From Nanobdellota archaeon (GTDB taxonomy: Archaea; Nanobdellota; Nanobdellia; Pacearchaeales; GW2011-AR1): a stretch of DNA of 64,000 nucleotides. Shown here one piece after another: positions 1-9,715 of this stretch. The stretch covers positions 35,790 to 99,789 of the forward strand of contig JBBSZK010000002.1 in the NCBI GenBank assembly GCA_038044745.1, read 5' to 3'. Below the pieces are notes generated by a model that saw nothing but the letters and a program-made list of their open reading frames with translations, did no database searches and was not told the origin of the DNA. The translations under genes were made by a program, and so were the position numbers. Numbering within the stretch: the stretch's first letter is position 1; every line of letters starts with the position of its first letter.

Positions 1-1479
1 CACCGAGGATTTCCTGCTCACTCCCTAACAATTTCTTAAGATATGCAATAGCTTCCCGCAATCCCTTTTCTTCCTCTCGTAACTTGCCATCTTCAAGACG
101 CGTAAGCTGCTGCAAACGCGTTTCCAAAACGGCTTTAGCCTGTCTATCGGTAAGGCCAAAATTCTTCATCAACCCCTCGTGCGCAACCTGGGCATTTTCA
201 CTCTTCTTAATGAATTCAACAATCTCATCAATCTTCTTCAACGCAATAAGGAGGCCCACAACAAGTTCAAGGCGGTCTTCAGCTTTCTTCAATTCAAAAT
301 TGCTTCGGGCAGTAACAATGCGTTTTCGGTAATGAATGTACGCATCAAGAATCTCTTTCAAGTTCAACACGCGTGGCTTGCCTTCAATAAGTGCAAGAAG
401 ATTCGCATCAAACGTATCTTGCAACCTCGTCAACGTATATAATTTGTTAATGGTAAACTTAGGGCTCGCATCTTTCTTCAATTCGATAACAATACGCACT
501 TGTCCTTTAGCGGATTCGTCTCGCAGGTCACTCACATCAGGCAATTTTTTATCAGTAGCAAGCTTAGCGATGCTCGTAACAAGATCGGCCTTGTTAACCA
601 TATACGGAATTTCGGTGATAACGATATGAGTACGCCCCTTATGCTCTTCTTGCTTAATGACTCCGCGCATAACCAGCCGGCCCTTGCCTGTACGATACAT
701 CTCTTTTATACCCTCTCCACTTACCGTACCTCCGGTTGGAAAATCAGGTCCCGTAACAATATCACACAATTCTTCAATAGTAGTCGAGGGTTTATTGATG
801 ACCTGCACAAGCGCATCACAGACTTCAGTCAAATTATGCGGAGGAATATTCGTAGCCATGCCTACCGCGATACCCGTGGCGCCATTCATCAGGAGGTTAG
901 GCAACATACCGGGTAGCGTTTCAGGCTCTTCAGTAGAGTTATCATAGTTAGGCCGCATTTTTACAGTTTCTTTTTCAATATCGGCAAGCAATTCTCCAGA
1001 AATCTTGCTCAACTTTACTTCAGTATAACGCATCGCTGCAGGAGAGTCCCCATCCATGCTTCCGAAGTTACCTTGGCCGTGAATCAAAGGATATCGTAAC
1101 GAGAAGTCTTGAGCCATTCTAACAAGGGCATCATACACCGCAATATCTCCGTGGGGATGATATTTACCAAGAACTTCTCCGACAACCGTCGCAGACTTCT
1201 TCGTCGGTTTACTGGGATCGAGCCCAATCGCATGCATCGCATATAAAATTCTTCGGTGCACGGGCTTCAACCCATCTTCAACAGCAGGTAGCGCTCGATC
1301 AACAATAACGGACATAGCATAGTCGATAAACGACTGCTCCATTTCTTCAACAATCTCCGCACCCGAGACGCCCTTTTCATCACCAATTTGAGCTTTTGCT
1401 CTGCGCTCAGATTCCATTTTCTCAAGCTTCGCATCAACAGCGTCTTCACCGTTGCCGTTTTCTTTTTTATCAGGCGTCA
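1..1479 (-). CDS. gyrA: DNA gyrase subunit A, N-terminal part (3' end lies beyond window start)
   Basis: ATG at 1479-1477 on minus strand, directly after gyrB stop. Own translation MTPDKKENG...[29 protein letters not shown]...[23 protein letters not shown] matches the GyrA catalytic N-terminus. No stop before position 1, so it is absent from the ORF track. Confidence 0.9.
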
Positions 1480-3378
1480 TTAAATATCAATCTGCGCCTC
1501 CGCCGCCTTCTCAATAATAAAGTTCTTACGAGGTTCAACTTCGCTTCCCATAAGCACCGAGAATACCTGATCTGCTTTAACCGCGTCTTCAATAATCACT
1601 TTGTTCAGCAACCTATCTTTCGGATTCATGGTTGTTTCCCACAATTGTTCAGGATTCATTTCTCCCAGACCCTTGAATCGCTGCACAACCGCATTTCCCT
1701 GTCCAAGTTCTTTCAAAAGACTCTTAAGTTCATCATCAGAATAGACGTAATGATCTTTGCGTTTGCGCACTTTGTACAACGGAGAAACCGCAATATACAA
1801 ATGTCCATTTTCAATGATGGGCTTCATAAACCGATAAAAGAACGTGAGTAAGAGAGTACGAATGTGTGCACCATCAACATCAGCATCCGTCATAATAACA
1901 ATCTTGTTATAACGCAACTTCTCCAAATTGAATTGCTCCCCAACGCCTGTGCCCATCGCCGTAATTAAATTAACAATCTCATCACTTGAGAATACTTTTG
2001 CAACATTTGCTTTTTCGACATTCAAAATTTTACCTTTCAACGGGAGAATAGCCTGAAACTCCTTATTACGCGCCTGCTTAGCTGAACCGCCTGCGGAATC
2101 GCCTTCAACAATAAAGAGTTCAGTATCTTCACTCGACTTCCTCGAACAATCGGCAAGTTTTCCCGGAAGACCGCCCACACTAAATGCGCTCTTTCTTCTA
2201 ACAAGATCTTTTGCCTTCTTCGCCGCCTCACGTGCCTTCTGCGCTTCCTGTGCCTTCGCAACAATACGTTTTGCAATAGCAGGATTTTCTTCAAAGAACT
2301 CAGAAATAGACGCAAACGCAATCTTCTCAACAATTCCTTTAACTTCGGTGTTACCCAACTTCGTTTTTGTTTGTCCTTCAAATTGTGGTTCGGGCACTTT
2401 AACCGAAACAATAGCAGTCAGACCTTCACGAACATCATCGCCCGAAACACCTTCATCCTTGAAAAGCTTGTTTTTCTTACCATACTCATTAATCGCACGA
2501 GTAAGGGCCGTCCTAAACCCCGCAACGTGCGTTCCCCCCTCAACCGTATTAATCGTATTAACGAAGCTCATGATGTTCTCCTGATAACCGTTGTTATACT
2601 GAATAGAACATTCTGCCACGATTTTATCCTCTTCTTTGACAAAATACACCGGCTTATGCAACGGCTCTTTCGTTTCGTTAATCCATTTTACAAATTCTAT
2701 AAGCCCGCCCTCATAAAAGAACTTCTCTTGTTTTTGAGAAGGAACATCCTTCAAAACAATAGTGAGCCCTTTGTTAAGAAATGCAATCTCTCGAAAACGC
2801 GTCTCAAGCATTTTATAGTCGAACGTCGTTGTAGAAAAAATACTATCGTCAGGATAGAATACGACTTCAGTTCCGTGGTCGTCTTTAGCACATTCCCCAA
2901 TGGCTTTGACGGGGTGTAAGGGTTTGCCAATTTTATATTCCTGTTGATGAATTTTTCCCGCTTTCTTGACCGTAACCCTCATAAGTTTAGAGAGCGCAGC
3001 AACAACAGAAATACCGACACCGTGTAGCCCTCCAGAAACCTTATAGCTATCCTTGTCAAACTTGCCTCCCGCATGCAATCTAGTAACCACCACTTCAAGC
3101 GCAGGCACCTTATACACAGGGTGAGGGTCAACCGGAATACCTCTGCCATTATCGGTCACCGTAACACTTCCGTCCTTATTTAACGAAACCACGATGGTGT
3201 CGCAATACCCTCCCATGGCTTCATCAACCGAGTTATCAACAATCTCGTAAACCAAATGATGTAACCCTTGCTTACCTGTGCTGCCAATATACATTGCAGG
3301 GCGCAGACGAACACCTTCAAGCCCTTCAAGAACTTTGATATTGCTCGCTTCGTACTTTTTCTGGTCGACCATTTTCAC
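1480..3378 (-). CDS. gyrB: DNA gyrase subunit B
   Basis: 632 aa. N-terminus [44 protein letters not shown] is the GHKL ATPase signature of GyrB. C-terminal TOPRIM region ([14 protein letters not shown]) is present. Gene order gyrB-gyrA. Confidence 0.95.
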   Translation of the reverse strand: MKMVDQKKYEASNIKVLEGLEGVRLRPAMYIGSTGKQGLHHLVYEIVDNSVDEAMGGYCDTIVVSLNKDGSVTVTDNGRGIPVDPHPVYKVPALEVVVTRLHAGGKFDKDSYKVSGGLHGVGISVVAALSKLMRVTVKKAGKIHQQEYKIGKPLHPVKAIGECAKDDHGTEVVFYPDDSIFSTTTFDYKMLETRFREIAFLNKGLTIVLKDVPSQKQEKFFYEGGLIEFVKWINETKEPLHKPVYFVKEEDKIVAECSIQYNNGYQENIMSFVNTINTVEGGTHVAGFRTALTRAINEYGKKNKLFKDEGVSGDDVREGLTAIVSVKVPEPQFEGQTKTKLGNTEVKGIVEKIAFASISEFFEENPAIAKRIVAKAQEAQKAREAAKKAKDLVRRKSAFSVGGLPGKLADCSRKSSEDTELFIVEGDSAGGSAKQARNKEFQAILPLKGKILNVEKANVAKVFSSDEIVNLITAMGTGVGEQFNLEKLRYNKIVIMTDADVDGAHIRTLLLTFFYRFMKPIIENGHLYIAVSPLYKVRKRKDHYVYSDDELKSLLKELGQGNAVVQRFKGLGEMNPEQLWETTMNPKDRLLNKVIIEDAVKADQVFSVLMGSEVEPRKNFIIEKAAEAQIDI

Positions 3379-3400
3379 TACAATTACACGCTAAAAAGCC

Positions 3401-3412
3401 AAAAGACCTTTA
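3401..3412 (-). promoter_or_regulatory. TATA-box-like element (TTTATAAAGG on minus strand) ~25 nt upstream of gyrB ATG; probably a leaderless transcript
   Basis: Motif aaaagacctttataa at 3395-3410 recurs upstream of the giant surface gene (22817-22832) and in similar form upstream of kae1 (7521-7532). Confidence 0.3.
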
Positions 3413-3482
3413 TAAACCTTTACCTTAAAAAAAGCGATTTATCGACGACAAACAATAGAGAATCAAAAAGACTAAACAAATC

Positions 3483-3773
3483 TTACTTAGACACTTTTTT
3501 CGCTTTTTTTGCATGGACTGCATCGAGCGGAGCAGAAGCCTGTGCGATTTTATCGGCAGCTTTCTTTTCAGCAGCATAACGCTTTTCACGAGAATCATAA
3601 AACGCAGCAGTCCATTTGAGCTTTCGCTTATCACGACCCAACTTCAAATGGTTCTTGCGACATTTCAACGAGCAATAGTAATGCATGAACCCATCATTCG
3701 TAATCAAATACGTACCCGTGTAATCCTCGTAGTCCTTCCCGCAGAACACACATCTAGCGAGCGCCATTAGCAA
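3483..3773 (-). CDS. rpl24e: ribosomal protein L24e
   Basis: CVFCGKDYEDYTGTYLITNDGFMHYYCSLKC zinc-ribbon pattern typical of L24e. Lies in the conserved L7Ae-S28e-L24e neighbourhood. Confidence 0.85.
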   Translation of the reverse strand: MLMALARCVFCGKDYEDYTGTYLITNDGFMHYYCSLKCRKNHLKLGRDKRKLKWTAAFYDSREKRYAAEKKAADKIAQASAPLDAVHAKKAKKVSK

Positions 3774-4141
3774 GATTCTCCGTAAGCCCCGCGAGGAATA
3801 GTAAACCCTGCAAGCCCTTTGTCATCATCATAAATAAGGTCGCTTGGTCGCAATCTAAGAGAACGGCTAAATTCGTGAAACGCTTCTGCAGAGACACGAT
3901 AACCCATTCCTTGAAGATGAAGTTCTCTACTAGTAATCACATAATCTGATTTAGGTGTACCAATAATAATGGTGCTTCGACCAAATAGAGTATCCTCTAA
4001 TTGCAGAGCAGGATTACCAAACAATGCACGCGCACCTTCAATAAAGACGTTATCGCGAGAAGTCTCCCTAGAAGGAGGACTCACGGGCGCACGAGGTTCA
4101 CTGCGAAACAGCTGATCTGCCTTGTAACCCGAACGAGCCAT
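3767..4141 (-). CDS. hypothetical protein (124 aa from MARSGYKAD...) inserted between S28e and L24e
   Basis: ATG at 4141-4139 lies 1 nt after the S28e stop, and its stop overlaps the L24e start. No motif recognised. Longer track ORF 3767..4282 overlaps S28e in another frame. Confidence 0.4.
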   Translation of the reverse strand: MARSGYKADQLFRSEPRAPVSPPSRETSRDNVFIEGARALFGNPALQLEDTLFGRSTIIIGTPKSDYVITSRELHLQGMGYRVSAEAFHEFSRSLRLRPSDLIYDDDKGLAGFTIPRGAYGESC

Positions 4142-4142
4142 C

Positions 4143-4445
4143 TTAACTCTGTGCCCCCTTGGTAATGTTACGACGAATCTTGCGCGCTTCAATTTCAGTC
4201 TCGCGCAGGATAAGCAAATCGCCAATGCGGACCGGACCCTTGACGTTGCGACGCATAGAACGACCTCGGTTACGCCCCTCAAGAATCATAGCTTGTACTT
4301 GCGTAACTTCGCCACGGGCACCCGTACGACCTAGAAAGGCTTCAACACGAGCAGGCACGGGCCCCTCATCGGAGAATCGACTCTTAGTAGTGCCCTGCGA
4401 CTGAACAGGTTTGGCATCTTTAATACGTTGTGGCTTCGAACCCAT
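4143..4445 (-). CDS. rps28e: ribosomal protein S28e (with N-terminal extension or upstream start)
   Basis: [51 protein letters not shown] matches the S28e core (GEVTQV...ILEGRD.GR...[19 protein letters not shown]). Confidence 0.8.
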   Translation of the reverse strand: MGSKPQRIKDAKPVQSQGTTKSRFSDEGPVPARVEAFLGRTGARGEVTQVQAMILEGRNRGRSMRRNVKGPVRIGDLLILRETEIEARKIRRNITKGAQS

Positions 4446-4449
4446 AGAA

Positions 4450-4797
4450 TTACTTTGCCTTCTTCAGAGAGGCAATCTCCTTATCTGATTCACCTGCATC
4501 GATAACTGCAACAGCAGCCGTAGAAACAGGTAATCCGATAGCCAGTCCAAGCTTCTGCTTAGAATCAACCTCATGACACGGAATATTTTTTTCTTTACAC
4601 AACGCAGGAAGATGCGCAACAATCTCCTTAGGATTCACATCGACCGCATACAAAACAAGTTTAGCAACGCCACGCTCTATCGCTTTCGTAACTTCGTTAC
4701 TTCCCTTGTCAACTTTTCCGGTTTTTCTTGCTATTTCGATTATTTTGTAGAAGTCCATGTCTGGCCTCCATCCAACGATGTCATTGGTTGAAAACAA
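4450..4797 (-). CDS. rpl7ae: ribosomal protein L7Ae (K-turn binding)
   Basis: [69 protein letters not shown] matches the L7Ae/L30e family. Confidence 0.85.
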   Translation of the reverse strand: MFSTNDIVGWRPDMDFYKIIEIARKTGKVDKGSNEVTKAIERGVAKLVLYAVDVNPKEIVAHLPALCKEKNIPCHEVDSKQKLGLAIGLPVSTAAVAVIDAGESDKEIASLKKAK

Positions 4798-4820
4798 ACT
4801 GAAATAAAGGTATTTAAATG

Positions 4821-5189
4821 TTATTGCGAAGCAAGATAATACGTACGGAGACTGTCAAAGTATTTCTTTCCGAATTCAAGTGCACATCTCGTGTTATCAT
4901 CGTTAGGATTTTGTGCCAAACAAGTTTCAAGCTGCATAATCGTACGAGAAACATCGGAACCATCTTCAATCAGAAACCGCCGACGCTCCCCTAATTCAGG
5001 ATGTTCCTCAATTAAACGTAGATAGACATGAGCGTCCTGTGTTTGTGGACCAAATACATCAAGAATAGAGCCTGCCCCGCGAACGTAGTTCATAAAGCGA
5101 CTAGAAAAAGAACGAGACGTTCGAGGAGTAAACACACGACGAGTATAGTTATCAACAACTTGTTCAAAAGAAGGAAGCGAGGGAGTCAT
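4821..5189 (-). CDS. hypothetical protein
   Basis: 122-aa ORF, no recognisable motif. AT-rich ~275 nt spacer downstream. Confidence 0.35.
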   Translation of the reverse strand: MTPSLPSFEQVVDNYTRRVFTPRTSRSFSSRFMNYVRGAGSILDVFGPQTQDAHVYLRLIEEHPELGERRRFLIEDGSDVSRTIMQLETCLAQNPNDDNTRCALEFGKKYFDSLRTYYLASQ

Positions 5190-5465
5190 TAGAAATAGGA
5201 GAAAAATGAGTTTATTAATATTTTGATAAAATATCGAAAGGATTTGTTCTTGCAGAACAAGTACATAGAAACTTTTAAGAAAATTTGCAAGAGTTTGGAG
5301 AAAAGATATTCAAGATTTTTTAAACCATTGGCTTCGATGAAAATCATGTGCATTTCATGCTTCAAGCTGTGCCCAAATATTCTCCTTTCCTTCGCAACTA
5401 TTTCGAATCGTTAAGAGCCTTACAGCAATGAAACTCTTTGAAAAGCATCCGAATTTGAAAAAAAG

Positions 5466-6347
5466 TTAATAAAACAATCCGTAAATCTTGTGAGCAAAAC
5501 CCATTACCTTAACCTGCAACGAACGACCTGTGAACGTTACATCTCCTTTTTTAAAAGAAGTCGCGAACTCTTGAGTAACCCTCTCCGTCGTCCCTGCACT
5601 AGAAAGGCGTTCTGCAGCTTTCTTCTTAACACGAATCGTATTCTCAACAATCGAACCATCATCTTCAGAAACCGAAAGTACCTCATGATTTACTTTAACA
5701 ATGCGCGAGTTCTCCTCACCTTCGACTATAACTCGCGTTCTAGCTCCATCGAAATTGTCACGAGGGAAAAAAGGAATCGATCCCGTATTAAATCGAGTTC
5801 CATGTAAAATATCAACAATGCTAAAGCCAGGTATGCGAATGATAGGCGTTTCAGGCTCGCTTTCGACCGGCAAACACGCGCCCGCCTTCTGCCATTCGTC
5901 GCGAATATACTCAATTTCAGCAGCAACCTCTTCAGGGGTCATGCCTTCTGCAACCATGAGAGAAATCCACGTCGCAATAAATGATTCAAAAACAGAACTT
6001 TCGAAATGAGTAAAGGGCGTACAAACGGTACCCTCGGGACATTTCACCGTAACACGTTTAACATGACCATCAACACACGTAGCTTCTTCGATATATTCAT
6101 AGGCAGGATAAACACAACCATCCCAATTGAAAAGCCAACCATCCGCACGTTGAGACACATCATCCCATTGAATAACAAGGCCCGCATCATACACGTCTTC
6201 GCCTGCATCAGTATCGACACATCCCCCGCTCTCCGTCAAGGGTTCAACATCAGCACCAACAAGAACACCTTCATCTTTGTCATTAAGAGCGACAACAAAC
6301 GAAGAAAAAGCTAAAAGAAAAACAACCGAAAAAGCCACCACTTTCAT
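5466..6347 (-). CDS. secreted hypothetical protein (signal peptide, Cys-containing)
   Basis: N-terminus MKVVAFSVVFLLAFSSFVVALN is a signal-peptide-like hydrophobic segment. No catalytic motif recognised. Confidence 0.5.
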   Translation of the reverse strand: MKVVAFSVVFLLAFSSFVVALNDKDEGVLVGADVEPLTESGGCVDTDAGEDVYDAGLVIQWDDVSQRADGWLFNWDGCVYPAYEYIEEATCVDGHVKRVTVKCPEGTVCTPFTHFESSVFESFIATWISLMVAEGMTPEEVAAEIEYIRDEWQKAGACLPVESEPETPIIRIPGFSIVDILHGTRFNTGSIPFFPRDNFDGARTRVIVEGEENSRIVKVNHEVLSVSEDDGSIVENTIRVKKKAAERLSSAGTTERVTQEFATSFKKGDVTFTGRSLQVKVMGFAHKIYGLFY

Positions 6348-6523
6348 AAACAGATATGATGTCTTCCTATTTAAGCGTTATCTTCCTCAAAAAAGACACG
6401 TTCTTTTAATCTCCCTTATGCGCCCTTTTACAGACGTCAAGAAGCATGATGCCGAGCGCGTTCGGCGCTTCGCGCCTCACCCATAATGAGGCAATTTTCT
6501 TCGTTGTAACAACTGCGCCAAAA

Positions 6524-7498
6524 TTAGTTTCTCCATGTAACCTCTACATCGTCCGTCCGCTCGCGAGGTTTAATATCTACATCGTCAGCGTTCTCTCGTA
6601 CGCCAGCGCGGAACATGAGTTCGCCCGTAAACGCAATCATCGCCCCGTTATCTACAAGAAATTCCTTCGCAGGGCAAAACAGTCGAGCTCCTCGTTCAGC
6701 GCACATGACGCGTGCCATTTCTTGTAATCGAGCGTTACACGCAACCCCTCCACCCAGAACAAGCTCCTTCTTCCCTGTATGCGCAAGCGCACGTTCAGCA
6801 GCTTCAATGAGCATCGCAAACACCGTTTCTTGTAACGAAAACGCCAAATCCGCAAGTGGCGTTCCCCGTGTATAGAGCTGCACAAGTTTTGTATATAATC
6901 CCGAAAAACTCACATCCATTCCTTTGATGGAATACGGCAAATCAACATAGTGTCCCCCGTTAGCCTTCTGCTCAATCACCGGACCTCCAGGAAACGGCAC
7001 GTTAGCCACGCGTGCAAAACTATCAATAAAATTACCCACCCCCATATCCAACGTCTCTCCGAATACACGATACTTCCCCGCAGCAAATGCGATAATCTGC
7101 GTGTTCGCTCCAGAGGCGTATAACAACACCGAGTCCCGCGCGCCCTCGTGTTGTCCAATCTCAAGATGCGCAATGCAATGGTTAACGGGGACAAGTGGTA
7201 CGGTTAACATCCTCGCCTTCTTCTTAGCAAACTCCATACCTCCAAGCAAGCAAGGAGCAAGACCTGGCGCATTAGAAAGAGCTATTGCATCAATATCACT
7301 ATCCGAAATCTCTGCTGTCTCAAGAGCCGTAGTCCACATGCTCTCTGCAACAGCCGTATGATGAGCCGCACTTTCCATAGGAACAATGCCTCCGTGTACA
7401 GGTTTGTACATATCACGTATATTCGCAAGAATCTTGCCATTGCGCACAACCCCCACGCCAAACGTATGCGCCGTACACTCAATGCCTACCACAACCAT
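6524..7498 (-). CDS. kae1: tRNA N6-adenosine threonylcarbamoyltransferase Kae1 (KEOPS catalytic subunit)
   Basis: GIECTAHTFGVGVV N-terminus, metal-binding HCIAHLE and ...GGGVACNARL...DNGAMIAF C-terminal motifs of the Kae1/TsaD family. 324 aa, with no Bud32 fusion. Confidence 0.9.
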   Translation of the reverse strand: MVVVGIECTAHTFGVGVVRNGKILANIRDMYKPVHGGIVPMESAAHHTAVAESMWTTALETAEISDSDIDAIALSNAPGLAPCLLGGMEFAKKKARMLTVPLVPVNHCIAHLEIGQHEGARDSVLLYASGANTQIIAFAAGKYRVFGETLDMGVGNFIDSFARVANVPFPGGPVIEQKANGGHYVDLPYSIKGMDVSFSGLYTKLVQLYTRGTPLADLAFSLQETVFAMLIEAAERALAHTGKKELVLGGGVACNARLQEMARVMCAERGARLFCPAKEFLVDNGAMIAFTGELMFRAGVRENADDVDIKPRERTDDVEVTWRN

Positions 7499-7567
7499 GT
7501 CCTAAAAAAAGTAAATCCTCTTTATAAGGATACGCAAACAGATAGAAAAGAAGATAACACTCTGTTC

Positions 7568-7996
7568 TTAAAAAGAAGGATTAATACGAGATACCCACGG
7601 ACAACGCGCCTTATAACGGCGGTCGATCACCATATTCAGATCATCAACCGGTAGAACACGCACAGCATCAGTACCTTCGGGAAGCGCAACGGGGCCCATC
7701 TGTATAACATACCCCTTCGACGAAGCGTCATACGTCGCCCTATGATTGCCGGATACCGAACAACCAGGGGGCATCAAAGGGCCGAGCGTATCTTTCACAA
7801 ATCTATCAAAATGGTTCACAACATCGAAAGCAACTTCTAACGTGCGTGCATTAAGTTCGCATTGTGAACTATCAAGTTCCTCTTGACGATCGACGATTCC
7901 CCTATAGCGCGCAGCAATATCATTCAAACTCATAAAGCGCACGAACAAAGAGCATTTAAAAAGGTTTCGCAAATAGAAAAGTTTAAAAGAGAACAC
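7568..7996 (-). CDS. hypothetical protein (start may be the internal Met at ~7933, MSLNDIAARYRG...)
   Basis: ORF only; no motif recognised. Confidence 0.35.
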   Translation of the reverse strand: MFSFKLFYLRNLFKCSLFVRFMSLNDIAARYRGIVDRQEELDSSQCELNARTLEVAFDVVNHFDRFVKDTLGPLMPPGCSVSGNHRATYDASSKGYVIQMGPVALPEGTDAVRVLPVDDLNMVIDRRYKARCPWVSRINPSF

Positions 7997-8010
7997 GGAA
8001 CCTTTTTTTC

Positions 8011-8826
8011 ATGAAACGTTCCTTACCAAAAAGAAAGAAAGAACTAATGGGGGCCCGACTAAGAAAAATAACAGAGCAAAGCGGATATACGGCGAAAGAA
8101 ATGGAGGATGCTCTAGGAAGAACACGAAGCATGATTCAGATATACGAGGCAGGATTATGCCTCCCGTCTACAAAAGTCGCACTGCGATACGCAACGTTGT
8201 TCAACCTATCTCTTGAGGAACTATTTGGAGAAGAGTTGGGCGCCCATTACAAAAAAATTCAAGAATCTTATGTCTATAAGCTCAATTCTAAAAAAGAGGA
8301 ACACGCTCCCTTAAACACGCAACGCCTGCGTGAAGACAGAAAGGCAGCAGGTATTGTTCTTGAACGGATGGTTGTCAAAATAAATAAATTATGGCCCGAA
8401 CTCGTGGTTAACAAAAATCTCCTTTCTATAATAGAACGAAGAACACATATGATAACGGAAGAAGTCGCACTTGCATATGCACTCATACTCGAGAAACCTC
8501 TGAAGACCTATGAGGTACAAGAAACTCCGAACTCTTTCAACCCGTATAAGGTGTTCAGAAAACAAGAATCAAAGCCCCTTAATATCACGCTAGACGCTGA
8601 TCTTGAAACAGCCCTTGCACATTTAACGAGTACAGAAGCAGAACTAATAAGAAAAATTTATTGGGACGAAAAAAGCTTAAAAGAGATAGGTCAGGAACAG
8701 AGAGTCAGCAGGGAAAGAATCAGACAAAAAAAAGAAAGAGTAATTAACAAAATGAGAAACTTTTTCAAAAAAAATGGCTACCCCATTAGAGAAGACTTCA
8801 ACAAAAAAACAGAAACAGAGGAGTAA
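8011..8826 (+). CDS. two-domain DNA-binding regulator: N-terminal XRE-type HTH plus C-terminal sigma-70 region-4-like HTH
   Basis: The N-terminus (ITEQSGYTAKEMEDALGRTRSMIQIYEAG...LEELF) is Cro/C1-like. The C-terminus (LTSTEAELIRKIYWDEKSLKEIGQEQRVSRERIRQKKERVINKMR) aligns closely with sigma70 region 4.2 ([28 protein letters not shown]). Confidence 0.6.
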   Translation: MKRSLPKRKKELMGARLRKITEQSGYTAKEMEDALGRTRSMIQIYEAGLCLPSTKVALRYATLFNLSLEELFGEELGAHYKKIQESYVYKLNSKKEEHAPLNTQRLREDRKAAGIVLERMVVKINKLWPELVVNKNLLSIIERRTHMITEEVALAYALILEKPLKTYEVQETPNSFNPYKVFRKQESKPLNITLDADLETALAHLTSTEAELIRKIYWDEKSLKEIGQEQRVSRERIRQKKERVINKMRNFFKKNGYPIREDFNKKTETEE

Positions 8827-8854
8827 ATAAAAAATAAAAAATCAGTAAGAAGAG

Positions 8855-8980
8855 TTATCTCTTCTTTTTCTTGCGACCGCCGCGAGCCATAACGGCCTCA
8901 CAGACATTACCTTGCCCATCAACATAGTACAAGTGTCCAGGTTTACGCGCAATCACTTTTTTTACAACGATTTTTCCCAT
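8855..8980 (-). CDS. small basic protein, 41 aa (MGKIVVKKVIARKPGHLYYVDGQGNVCEAVMARGGRKKKKR)
   Basis: Not in the ORF track (<60 aa). Strong SD GGAGGTG 5-11 nt upstream of ATG at 8980. Lys/Arg-rich tail. Function unknown. Confidence 0.5.
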   Translation of the reverse strand: MGKIVVKKVIARKPGHLYYVDGQGNVCEAVMARGGRKKKKR

Positions 8981-9381
8981 AGCACACCTCCTTTTATCGG
9001 AATACATAAGATTGTCGTCGGGAGTATTTAAATGTTTCTTATTTTCCGACGAGAAAACGCGTTATTTTTGAGTTACGACGATTTAAAGGAATTTCGACCA
9101 GATAATGTGCGGAACAATGAGGCACGATTGTAAGCATGAAAGGCCGAACAATACAAGATTCAATAACCCGACGACGACTATCGAGCCAAACGGCCACAAA
9201 CGGAAAAAAAACAAACCACGAGGTCAGAGCAACTCGACACGGGCGATGAAACACAAATAGAAGCGGCCACGTATACCTTGTACGAAACATTAGACCAATC
9301 CCCCGACGAAAGTAGCCTACACGCGAAACAAACAGAGAAAACCGTCGACGACGCGCCCTAAAAATAAACTGCTCAGACATA

Positions 9382-9693
9382 CTAGACGTCAGCCATTTCA
9401 GACTTAATCTTAGAAACCTTACCAAGACGCTCAGAAACCCGATCGATATCCGTCGATAATTTCTTTTTCTTCTCGCCAAGCTTCGCTTCCTTCTCCATGA
9501 GAGAAGCAATTTTCTGCTCAAGTTCTCGTTCAAGTTCTCGATCAACATCAATAGCCATAGAAACCTGCTTGAGTTCATCCTGCAACCTATTTTTATCACG
9601 CTTAAGTGCCTTTATTTGAACTTCTAAATCCTTAAAAGCCGTGGCCAAAAGAGAAGACGAGGAAGGCAAAACACCCTTCTTTTTTAACTTCAT
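9382..9693 (-). CDS. coiled-coil protein (103 aa), last gene of the surface-protein operon
   Basis: Heptad-rich sequence LEVQIKALKRDKNRLQDELKQ...ELERELEQKIASLMEKEAKL. Co-directional with and 23 nt downstream of the 9716..10726 gene. Confidence 0.4.
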   Translation of the reverse strand: MKLKKKGVLPSSSSLLATAFKDLEVQIKALKRDKNRLQDELKQVSMAIDVDRELERELEQKIASLMEKEAKLGEKKKKLSTDIDRVSERLGKVSKIKSEMADV

Positions 9694-9715
9694 CAGGCAA
9701 CAACGACGCTGGTGT

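Noticed and set aside
2037-2411. 124-aa ORF inside gyrB on the same strand, different frame
   Set aside because: Embedded in a well-supported gyrB reading frame. Arg/Lys-rich alternative-frame artefact.
5223-5414. 63-aa plus-strand ORF in the intergenic spacer
   Set aside because: AT-rich low-complexity translation with no RBS or promoter context. Likely noncoding.
5190-5465. C/D-box sRNA or other ncRNA in the AT-rich spacer next to the L7Ae gene (hairpin ttgttcttgcagaacaa at ~5244..5260; GATGAAA...TTTCAT inverted segment ~5336..5365)
   Set aside because: No convincing C (RUGAUGA) and D (CUGA) box pair at proper spacing. The hairpin could equally be a terminator, so it was not called.
8990-9380. 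RNase P RNA or SRP RNA in the ORF-free region
   Set aside because: Could not find the conserved P4/CR-I (AGGAAAGUCCGGGC) or SRP helix-8 motifs on either strand by eye. Kept only as a generic structured-RNA candidate.
9039-9599. 186-aa minus-strand ORF (Arg-rich: RRKRSLARRKRNYRR...)
   Set aside because: Composition looks like out-of-frame or noncoding translation of GT-rich DNA. No start context, and it overlaps the coiled-coil gene. Treated as a noncoding region instead.
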